DNA of 64,000 nucleotides from the NCBI RefSeq assembly GCF_009914755.1, contig NC_060938.1. One strand, written 5' to 3'. The first letter of the stretch is position 1. The number at the start of each line of letters is the position of its first letter. The notes beneath the pieces are model-generated. The model saw only the letters and a program-made list of their open reading frames with translations, was not told the origin of the DNA and did no database searches. The position numbers were made by a program, and so were the translations under genes. The DNA comes from the human T2T-CHM13v2.0 reference genome, Homo sapiens. Positions 15,201 through 26,355 of this stretch are shown here, piece after piece.

Positions 15201-17917
15201 ACTACATAGTGAACAAAAGGAGAAAATAACCAAGGGGCTACCATAATACCTTTATCACTCATTCTTTCGGTAAGACTATACCTTTGAAATTCATCTTACA
15301 TGCTGCCATTCACTATGGATGCAACAAAGGGCATAACACATAGTGCCCTTTCCTCAGATGTAGAGTTGGCTAACAGAGTTGAAAATTCTATAAACAAATT
15401 TATAAAACAGGTCTCAATGTCAAAATTATCTCTGGGTCTAATATGCTGTGTCTTTTCTGACTTGTCAGTGTCAATTAATACCAATAATTAAAAACCTCTT
15501 GAAGTTGTCATACAGATTACAGAGCTTCAACTTTAGAAGAGAGGGCTGTCCTTGTTACCCTTCTTTTTCGGTTATATGCATTAGAAATAAATATGTCTTC
15601 ATTATGTCTACATCTAGACTTTGTGTTATGAGTTTTGTGATCATCTGAGACCATCTCTAACAATTATAAAAGATTTGCAGGAGGCTGGAAATGACAAAAT
15701 TACAGACAGTGTAATAATGTTAGCAAGTACAAAGTGAAATACATTCTCAGGATTTGGAGGAAAAAACAAGAGTGACATGAAAGCTCAGGGCAAAATTCAT
15801 ACAGGTCTGACATTCTATTGGGGTTCATCTTCAGGTAAGTGAAATTCTGCTCAGTTGACCTGGAAAAAATATATTACATTCAATGAAGTAACAAAAGGGG
15901 AGCTGGGAGGATTAACCTACTCTAGTGAGAGTGACCATTATGGGGATGGCTACTTCACATCAACTTATAAATAAAACTTGCTGAATCATGGTGACTGATC
16001 AGATGATATTATACAGCATTTAGCTAAAAATAGACTCAAGTCAGAACACTTTTTCAACTTCAGAAAAAATGTAATTTTTCATGCTGAAACAAATGGTGGA
16101 GCTTACCAAAGCCCTGCAATTGGAAGATACATACTATAGGGGGAAAAAAAATCTAAGGTTCTGAGTACCTTGTTGTGAATGATTATTCAGATCACACTGG
16201 GTAAAATATAAGTGGTAGCCACAGTGCAACTGAGGACTCTTAATGTTTACAACAGCCAAATTAATAAGAATTCCCCTAAATAAAAATAATCAAATGATAA
16301 TAGTGAGAAAACATGAGTATGTGGTGAGAAAAAATATTTTAGAATAAGAATATTTAGAATTGAAATTATAAGAAGTAGAGGATTTCTGATACAGACACTT
16401 TAATATTAGTTTTTGCTTGCCTAAAATACAGTGAAAATTATTGTAATTAACAAATTCAAAAAACACTGAGACCGGAATTTTAGAAGAATCTTCACTGTGC
16501 ATTTTTAAGATCTTGAAAATGATAGTAGTGGATGAGTTGTATTAAGAAAATTGTGATCCATGAGCTGAAAAGCTGAAGGAAACGAATGAGTTTCCTAGAG
16601 TTTGGTAGATGACTCCAATGAGGAAGATAGTAAAAAAGTGGTATCAGAATGCAAATCACAAGGAGAGGAGTTGTTGAGAGGCAGCAAATCGGGTGGAAAA
16701 TTAGGCCAAAACATATTCAGTTTCTTTTTCATAGATATGCTTATGAAAAAGAAATTGGGAGAAAGAGCAATTTACTTTGGGGAGTATCTCAAAGAAATAG
16801 CAAGAGTAGAAAATATTACAATTAATAAAAGTTTGCATATTAAATAGAAAATACAAAATAATAAGGGAATTTGTTCATGATAAAGGTGTTATCACAGAGC
16901 AATTCCAAAACTTAAGTATAAGAGAATTACACTCGAATGCATTTTAGATGTATTTGTTGATTTAGCATCAAAACAAAGGAGAAGCATTAAAATTAGCAAC
17001 TTGTGAATTACAAAACATGTTTTTTTTTTACTCATAGATAATAAGGATGTAACATTCTACCATGGTTTCTATAATGCCTATCAATTATTTGAACTTTGCC
17101 ACTGGCACAGTAAAAAATCAAACATGCTCAAATAAATCCAAGGGTCCATCCACAAAAAAAGAATATATGATTGCTAGTCAGGTTTGTGGATTAGATGTGC
17201 CAGGAATCACAATGATCTGAATCTTGTTGTTAGGAGATATTTACATTCAATACCATGTAAGTCATTAACAGAGGTAATCATACTCAGTATACAGTTACAC
17301 AAAATTCAAATGCCATTCACCTGGAATTTCTGGCTCACTGACTGTCAAAATGACAAAAATAAAGTATTACTGAGATTGTTAATGAACGAATCCTAAAACA
17401 ATACTTAATATACTAGAAAACAGTTATAATTACAAATGGCAATTATTTTGTTCTTGAAATATTAGGTTATATGCTACAAAGTTAAAAAGATAAAAATATT
17501 AGAATCTTAAGTATTTTTATTATTTATGTATGAAAACTAAAAAGCTGTTATAAATAGTGCAATCATGCTTTATTGAAAACAGATACATTCAGAATCTTTC
17601 AGCATTAAAATATTACGTTTCCAGAAATCAAAGGAAAATTCATCAGCTCAAATCAATTTATTTGTATTTCACTATTTCACTTAATTATTCAATAAAATTT
17701 AAGTGCTAACCCTGTTCCCAATCTAAGACTTGATGCCAGAGATACAAAGATAAATAAGAAATAGTAAAAATAGCTTATTGTAAGTTATAAATATCTCTAA
17801 TCCTTTCATATAGAACACATTTGCCATTATCAATCCACTTAGAAAAGTTTAAATGCATGACTGTTAAATTGCCTTGGTGGGAATTTTTGATTCTTAATTA
17901 AGGCATTGTAATATTAA

Positions 17918-18287
17918 TAATATGGTTTGGCCGTGTCCCTACCCAAATCTCATCTTAAATTGTAGCTCCCATAATCCCCATGTGTGGTGGGAGGGACCCG
18001 GTGGGAGGTAATTGAATGATGGGAGCAGTTTCTTACATGCTGTTCTTGTGATAGTGAGTGAGTTCTCACAAGATCTGATGGTTTTATAAAAGGCTTCCCC
18101 CCTCGCTCTGCTCTAATTCTTCTCTCTCCTTCCACCTTGTGAAGACCATTTTTGCTTCCCCTTCCACCATGATTGTAAGTTTCCAGAGGCCTCCCCAGCC
18201 CTGTGGAACTGTGAGTTAATTAAACCTCTTTATAAATTACCCAGTCTCAAATATGTCCTTATAGTAGCATGAAAATGGACTAATAAA
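17918..18287 (+). mobile_element. THE1 (C/D-type) MaLR solo LTR
   Basis: atatggtttggccgtgtccctacccaaatctcatctt ... ggactaata; 5-bp TSD attaa / attag. Confidence 0.92.
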
Positions 18288-18319
18288 ATTAGACTATGAA
18301 TACATTATTCCAGGTTTTT

Positions 18320-18747
18320 ATATTGGTTACTTCTGGTCATTATGGTGTTACATAATGAATAATCACAAAATCTCAGCCATGTATAACAATAAGCTTTTAT
18401 GTACACTCATGCCTCTGTGCATTGACTAGGATGGCTCTGCTTTGTGCCATTCTGAGCCCCAGAGTGAAGAAGCAGCAGCTACAAGGGTTTTGTTCTTCTC
18501 ATAGAGGAGGCAGACATGCACGTATGATAGGAAAAATACACAATGTTACTAACAATCGAAGCTGAGTATTGACATGCCATCATTTCTGACCGCATTCTGT
18601 CAGCCCATGTAAATCACATGGCTAAGCCCAACATTAGTGGGTCAAGGACACATTTTTGACCTTTTGTGGGAGGAAATGCAAAGTCACATGGCAAATACTG
18701 TAGATATAGGAAGAGGAGAAGAAACGGACATAACACTCTCTACCACC
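18320..18747 (-). mobile_element. Old MLT1-type MaLR LTR
   Basis: aaatcacatggctaagcccaac and gggaggaaatgcaaagtcacatggcaaa motifs typical of antisense MLT1H-J. Confidence 0.6.
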
Positions 18748-18893
18748 TTCTACTAAAAAAGTATGTGGACAAAAATGGTATACATTGCCTCTACCTAAGA
18801 CATTTAATGAAACAGTTTAGTTTAATGAGAAAGAGCATAAAATCTAAAACCTAAATGACCATAAAAAGGATATCTTATATGAGCTTCAGGTAT

Positions 18894-18978
18894 TTGTAAA
18901 ATATAACTGGTAAGCTAACTGAAGATAATTGTAAAATATAACTGGTAAGCTAATTGTAAAATATGACTGGTAAGCTAA
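18894..18978. repeat. Three copies of a 25-bp unit
   Basis: ttgtaaaatataactggtaagctaa at 18894-18918, 18929-18953 and 18954-18978 (third copy has 1 mismatch). Confidence 0.92.
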
Positions 18979-19059
18979 TTATAACTTGAAGCTAATAATA
19001 CAAGATATAATTATCTTGTATAAAGTCATAAACTTCATACAAGATAAATACTTTTTCTA

Positions 19060-19243
19060 TACTGGTAATTTCCAAAGTAGCTTTAATGTCAGAAGCACAT
19101 GAAATCTATGTTATATAAAATATTGATGCCAGACTTTTCCTTTGGATATTCGACTGAACAGGCATTATATAGGGTACAGATTTGTGCATTTTTAACAAGT
19201 CCTCAGATGATTCTGATATTCAGCAATATTTAAAAACTATTAG
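19060..19243. mobile_element. MER5-like hAT DNA transposon relic
   Basis: tgtgcatttttaacaagtcctcagatgattctgat resembles a MER5A subterminal motif. Confidence 0.45.
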
Positions 19244-21139
19244 TCTATGATATAATTTAGTGATGTTGTCATAAATATATTAAATTCAACCATTTTTCAA
19301 ATATTTCCAAAGAGAATTTTCATGAATTCTGTTTTAATAAAAATGACAATCTAATAATGGTTGTATATAATCACTTTTACAGGGCAGAATTCTCCAATAT
19401 AGCTTGAAAAATAAGATTAAAAATTACATGCAGAATTGAAATGGGTTCATTTGAGAAGTTTTAATGTGTTCAAAATATATTAAAATGAGATATTTTCATT
19501 TTAAATCAATTATATTTAATAAGGAGATATAGAGTATGTAAATATTTTATAAATATTCATGCCATATTAACATTCTATAAGTAAACTATCAATTTCAGTA
19601 GTTCATATTGAGAAGCAATGGGAATATATTATCTACATAATTTATGATCAAGAAGAAATGATTTTGACATAATTACTAATCTTTTGGTTGATTTTTAAAA
19701 TCATGATCATTTTTTCACATATTATTTATATCCACCATTTAATTATAGTTCTTTGGCCAGTTTTATAGATCCATTCATGAACAGGAGCTTAAGGAGGTAT
19801 GTACAATAGTAGCAAATAATAAGAAGGGAAAGGAGTAAATTTGGAAGATTTCCAGGAAGATTGGAGTTGAGGGCAATGAAACTAAAATAAAGATGATACA
19901 AATATTTAGGAATATGACACCAGGTGCCTGACATTTTTCTACATTCTGTTGATACATTGTAAAAGAAAGACATTGTCCTACACTTTTCATCCTTTGTGGG
20001 AAAAAGTGTGGTATTGGGAATACATTTTTAAGAGACAAGGTCTCAAATACAAAATATCCTGCGTCGCAACTTTACAAGTATTGAAGACTGTATAATTCTG
20101 GGTACCTAGAATCTGGAAGTTGTTTTACGAGCTTGATTATCTGTATTTAACATGGATTTTTATTTTGGCTCCTGTGACAATGAAAAATCTTTCTTAGCAT
20201 GTCAGAACAATTTAGTGATTTGAATAGTAGAGACATCTATGATCAAATGATACAGAAACAATCAATACAAACAGTCAAATAGCTCTTATTCGAAGGAGAA
20301 TAAAGAAAGTCAAATAGCTAATTCAGTATTGTGCAAACTAAGCCTTTTTCAATTTTCAGAGATCTACCCGTTAGCTTTGTTAAAGATGATCTGGGTAACT
20401 GAGGCAGTTATTATTTTGTCAATGCTTAAATGCACTTTTGGGAAACCTTACCATTTTCATGAATTATAAAATAAAATGGCTTTTCATTACATTGAAAATT
20501 ATATTTTCTTAATCTACATCTAATTTCTGTTTTTCCTGCAATGATTCATCGTTTACCCTAATGTCCCAAGTCACTCAACTATATGTTATAATAATTAATA
20601 TTGTTTTGTAATTGATAATACAAGAACTCTATTTACAAAATACTCTCAGCCCATAGCTGGTTTTTCTGGTCCTCATGATAATTCTACAATTTACAGATTA
20701 GGAAACTGAAATGTGGGAAGTTAAATATATTGTCTGAGACTAGGAAACAAACTAATGTCTGTCAGTAACTAAAGCTATGCTCTTTTCATTCTGTCATGGT
20801 ATTATGGTGAAAATAAGGCAGGACCTTGCCCATATTTGGTTCAGTCAGTATTACTGTTTAAGCATACAGGTTTGGAAGTGAAATAGCTATCTCACTTGAA
20901 GAAACTTAGCCTAACTTTTTTATTCCCATTTCCTCATCTGAAAAAATGGAAATAAACATAGTGCCAAACTGACAGCTTTTTGGTGAGTATAAGTGAGACT
21001 ATGTATTCAAAAGCAACCAGGAAGCAATCAGTCACACTAAAACAAAAACTGTGATTCTCCTTATATAAGTTACTTAAACACGTAATCCTTATGGAAGCAG
21101 AGAATGGAATGGTGATTGTCAGGTACCATGAGTTAAGTG

Positions 21140-21416
21140 GGTAACAGCACATTGTTGCTAATTCAACATTTTGGGAGGCTGAGGTGGGAGGATCACTTGA
21201 GGCCAGGAATGTGAGACTAGCCTGGGCAACATAGTAAAACTCCAATTCTAGTTGGGCACGGTGGCATAAACCTGTAGCTATAGCTACTTAGGAGGCTGAG
21301 GTGGAAGGAACACTTGCACTTGGCAGGTGGAGGCTGCAGTGAGCCATGATCATGTCATGGCACTCCAGCCTGGGTGACACAATTAGACCCTGTCTCATTA
21401 AAAAAAAAAAGAAAAA
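21140..21416 (+). mobile_element. AluJ-type, central A-rich linker deleted
   Basis: ttgggaggctgaggtgggaggatcacttgaggccagg ... gaggctgcagtgagccatgatc ... gaccctgtctc followed by an A tail. Confidence 0.88.
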
Positions 21417-21585
21417 TTAGTGAGAGGATAGATCTAATGTTAAATGCTCTTAACATTACCACGAACACAAACACACATATACACACATGGACACAAGAGG
21501 CAATGGATATGTTTGGAGGCAACAGATATGTTTGGAGGCAATAGATGTGTTTAGTACCTTGAGTTTTTTGATGGTATCACAGGTA

Positions 21586-21650
21586 TACACACATACACAC
21601 ACACACACATACACACACACACACATACATACATACATATACATACATAT
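21586..21650. repeat. Compound (CA)n/(TACA)n microsatellite
   Basis: Read directly. Confidence 0.85.
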
Positions 21651-24600
21651 GTCCAAACTCAGGGATGTACACATCAAATACGTGCAATTTTTGTACATAA
21701 AAAGCTATTAGCAAAATAGAGATTGATGCATAATAACTGATAACATTTATTCAGTGTTTACTGTACCTCATAGACTTTTGGGGAGGATTAAATTGAGTAT
21801 ACACAGATAAATAGGGTTAAACTGCCTGGAACATAATAAAGGTCACCAAATTTAGTTTTACACTTAATCTCAATAAAGCTTAACTGGATTTCCAAGAACA
21901 TCAGAAATTAAGCAATCATTATTAAAGAATCAAGTTATGAATATAGGTATGACTTCATATAACTAAGGTAATTTTTATGACTATTCAGATCACATTAGAC
22001 TTTCCAGGAAAGTACACTGTGCAATACACTTTAAAAACCATCAACAAATATTTAAATGGAGCCCACTGGTTCATTTATGTACATTTTCCAAAAAGATAGG
22101 TTGTGTATATATCAAAACAGGAAATTCCAGATCACTACAAGAGAATTTTAAAAACATATGAAATGAGTAACTAGGTATGTAATTAACTTTTCATGTACGG
22201 AAACAAATTATGAGCAAGGAAAATTTAAAAAATAAATTAAAAATTGACATATTCTAGTATAGTGTGTCATAGGACAATTTGTATACTTGAAATAAATAGT
22301 TTTAAATAATTTGATGAGAGCCACCATGGCTTTATCTTTAGTGTAGTGTTTAGAATTTATTCATTTGTCAAGAATGTGTCAAAAACAGGCACTCACAATA
22401 TTGCAGAATAGGAGTGTCCAGTGCTCATTCCTTAAAAGAACACCAATCTGAACAACCATCTACATTTGAAAATACCTTCACAAGAGTTAAAGAATCCATG
22501 TGAGAGATTACAGTACCTGGGTGAAGCAAAGAAATGAGAAAAGATGCACTGAACAGGGTAGAAGGCAGTTTTACATTACCCACATCACTCCTCCCTCAAG
22601 TTACACATCACAGCATATAGAGAGATACCCTCTACTTGGCGGGGTGGGGAGAGTAAAGTGAGCACCCAACACACTAAAGACCTCAGCATCAGGCCCACCC
22701 CAGTAAAACCCAATACCACAGCAGCCCATACAGACCCAAGCTCCAGGCCTGCCCCAACACCAGGCCATACCCTGTAACCCCAATCTTCAGGCTAGTCCCT
22801 AAAGACATAAGCTCTGCCAGACCCAGGATCTTGGTCTGTCCCAGTAGACCCAGAACCAGGCTGGACCCATAAACCGAGACTCCAGGCACATCCCTGAGGA
22901 TCCAAGCTTCAAGATGTTCCTTTCAGGTCCCAGACCATGGCCCAACTCTACAGACTTAGGCTCCAGGCCCAGCCAGTGCTAGGCCAGTCACTATCAACTC
23001 AGTCTCAACACCTGCTCTAACAACAGGTTAGTCCCCATAGATCCAGGCTTCTGGCTGGTCCCCATGGACCCAGGCTTCAATCCCAGCCCAAAATATTCAC
23101 ACTCTCGCCCAGCCTACCCAAGGACTTCAAAAACAAACTCAGTGGTGGACCCTATTAGTCAGCATGCCCAGAATATCTGGACAGGTTGATTGGTAAATAG
23201 CTTTGCTGCCAAAGTCAGATTATAGAGATTAAATGAGGTACCTACTTATTCATAAGCACAGACACCAATACAAGGCCATTATAAAATATGGCACTGGTAT
23301 CTAACCTGAAAAAATGGAAATCTGAAAACTGCCTGACAAAGAGTTCAAAATATTCATTTTAAAGACCTCAGTGAGCTACAAACTAACATAAACAGACAAC
23401 TAAGTGAAGTGAGGAAAACTGCTTGAACAAAATAAGAAGTTCCAGAAAGAAAAAGAAGTTATAAAAAAAAAGCACCAAATAAAAATTCTGGAGCTGAATT
23501 AAGAATACAGTGATTAAAATAAAATATTCTATACAGGTCACCAACAACAGACTCCATCAAACAAAAGAAAGGATGCAATAGCTTGAAGACAGGTCATTTT
23601 AAATTACACAGTCAGATGTTTATTTAGGCTCACAATTTTTCAGGCTGTACCTGTGCGGGTACCTCCTGAACCTAAAATAATATTTAAGAATATAAACAAT
23701 TAGCACAACAGAAATAGTAAGTCCTTCCTTACCAATAATTACTTTTAATATATATGACTTAAATTTTCCCATTAATAGCCACACAGTGTAGCTGAATGGG
23801 TTAAAGGGAAAAAAAAGAGAAACAAGATCCAAGTATACACTGCCTACAAAGGCTCACTTTAGTTATGAGGATATACATAGGCTGAAATTGAAGGGATAGA
23901 AGAAGATACCTCATGCAAATGAAAACCAAAAAAGAGCAGCACTACTATAATTATCACACAAAATAGACTTTCAGATAAAAATTGTAAGAAAAGACAAAGA
24001 AGGTCATTATATAATAAAGAAGTTAATTCATCAAGAGGATACAAAAATTATAAATATATATGTACCCAACATAAGAGCCCCTAAATATATAAGACAAATA
24101 TTAATGGATATTTAATGTTTAACATAAGGGAGAAATAGATAGAAATACAATAATAGTTGGGGTCTTCAATAACCCACTTTCAGGAATGATGTATCATTCA
24201 GGCAGAAAATCAATACAGAAACAACAGAGTTAAACAATATTATAGACCATATAGACCATAATTAACAGACATATACAGAACATTCTATCCAACCACAGCA
24301 GAATGTGCTTTCTTTCCCAGTGTTCAAGTGCACATGGAACATTCCCCAGGATAGATTATATGTTAGGCCACAAAACAAGTCCTAACATAATTAAGATTGA
24401 AATCATATCAAGTGTCTAATGTGACATTGGTGTGAAACCAGAAATCAATTACAGGATAAAAACTAGAAAATTCTAATATAATTGGAAATTAACACACTTC
24501 TGAATGACAAATGGATTAAAGAAAAAATTAAAAGGAAAATAAAAATTTTGAGAGAAATGATAATGGAAATACAATGTACCAAAACTTTCGGATGCAGGAA

Positions 24601-25053
24601 AAGCAGTTTTCTTCTAAGAGAAAAGTTTATAACAATAAATACCTACAGGAAAGAAAAACAGAACTATGTCAAATAACTTACCTCACTTTACACCTCAGGG
24701 GACTAGAAAAAGGGAAAAAAGTAAGACTAAAGTCAGTAGAATCAGGGAAATAATAAAGGTCAGAACAGAGGTAACTAAAATCAAGACTAGGGAAGCAACA
24801 GGAAAGATCATTGAAATGAAGAGTTTACTTTTTAAAAATAAAAACAAAATCTACCAACCTTTAGCTAAAATAAGAAAAACAAGAGAGAAGACTAAAATAA
24901 ACAAAATTTTATATGAAAGAAAAGACATTACAACTGATACTACAGAAATGCAAAGGATCATAAGACTATTATCCATTATATACCAACAAATCAGATAACC
25001 TACAAGAAATGCATAAACAACTAGAATAATACAACCAACTAAGAGGGAATCAT

Positions 25054-25391
25054 GATGTTTATTTTGGCTCACAATTTTTCAGGCTGTACAAGAAATATGG
25101 TGCCAGCATCTGCTCTGGTGAGTGCCTCAGGGAGCTTACTATCATGGTTGAAGGTGAAGGGGGAACCAGCATATCACATGGAGTGAGAGGAAGCCAGAAG
25201 TAGAGGCAGGGGTAACACGCTCTTTTAAACAACCAGATCTCATGTGAATTCATTACTATGGGGAGGGCACTAAGCCATTTGAGAGGGATCCATTCCCATG
25301 ACCCAAACATCTCCTATCAGTCTCCACATCTTACATTAGGGATCACATTTCAACATGAGATTTGGAGGGTACATACATCAAAATAACCTCA
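25054..25391 (-). mobile_element. MST (B-type) MaLR LTR with one end deleted
   Basis: ggctcacaatttttcaggctgtacaag ... gagggatccattcccatgacccaaacatctcc ... catttcaacatgagatttggaggg; the terminal tgtattag... segment (about 65 bp) is absent. Confidence 0.88.
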
Positions 25392-25982
25392 CAGAGTAAC
25401 TAACAAAGGAAAAAGAAAGAAAAGGCATCCAAATTGAAAGGGGAGAAGTAAGATTGTTTCTATTTGCAGATAACATGATTTCATAAATATAAAACCCTAA
25501 AGATTCCACCAAAAACTGTTAGAACCAATAAACATTGAGTAAAGTTGTAGAACTGAAAATCAACATATAAAAATCAGTTGTGTTTCTATATGCTAACATT
25601 GAACTATACAAAAATAAAATAAATTTACAAAAGGAAATTAGGAAAATAATCTATATTCAATGGCATAAAAATATTTATGAATAAATATAACCTGTAAGGT
25701 GAAAAGATCTGTAAACTGAACACTATAAAACACTGACGAAAGAAATTGAGGAAGACACAAACAAATGGAAAAATACACCATGTTCATTGGCTGGAAGAAT
25801 TATAAGTGCTGATATATCTATACAATCTAAAATGATCTAGAGATTCAATGCAATACCTTATGAAAATTCCAATGGCATTTTTCACAGAAGTAGAAAAAAC
25901 TATTCTAAATTTTATATGGAATCAAATAAGACTTTTAATAGTCAAATCAGTCTTGAACAAGAAAAAGAAAGCTGAAGGCATC

Positions 25983-26355
25983 TGTATTAGTCATTTTCAC
26001 ACTGCAACAAAGGACTGCCCAAGACTGGGAAATTTATAAAGAAAAGAGGTTAAATTGACTCACAGTTACACTGGTTGAGGAAGCCTCAGGAAACTTACAA
26101 TCATTGTGGAAAGGGAAAAGGCAGATCTTACATTGCAGCAGGCAAGAGAACAAGCATGTGGAGGAAGAACTATCAGATACTTATAAAACCATCAGGTCTC
26201 ATGAGAACTCACTCACTATCATGAGAACAGCATGGGGGACCTTGCCCCCATGATCAAAAAGCCTCCCACCAGGTCTCTCCCTGGACACCTGGGTACTTAC
26301 GGGGATTACAATTCAAGATGAAATTCAGGTGGGGAGACAAAGCCTAACCATATCA
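25983..26355 (-). mobile_element. THE1 (D-type) MaLR solo LTR inserted in L1 ORF2
   Basis: tgtattagtcattttcacactgc ... cctaaccatatca; 5-bp TSD gcatc / gcaac; removing it restores L1 ggcatcacactacctga. Confidence 0.92.

Larger units (their letters stand above)
20863..21855 (+). mobile_element. MIR split by an old L1 3' fragment and an AluJ
   Basis: MIR core atttcctcatctgaaaaaatgg (about 20928-20950) resumes as tacctcatag...ggattaaattgag...tgcctggaacata (about 21764-21835); L1-like 3'UTR at about 21040-21125 and 21420-21705. Confidence 0.55.

Noticed and set aside
18894-18978. Repeat-spacer-repeat pattern resembling a CRISPR array
   Set aside because: Only three units, spacers of 10 and 0 bp, no cas genes, and a primate genomic context
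22690-23130. Degenerate array of roughly 30-bp units as a novel repeat system
   Set aside because: Lies directly upstream of L1 ORF1-like sequence and is best explained as an old L1 5'UTR
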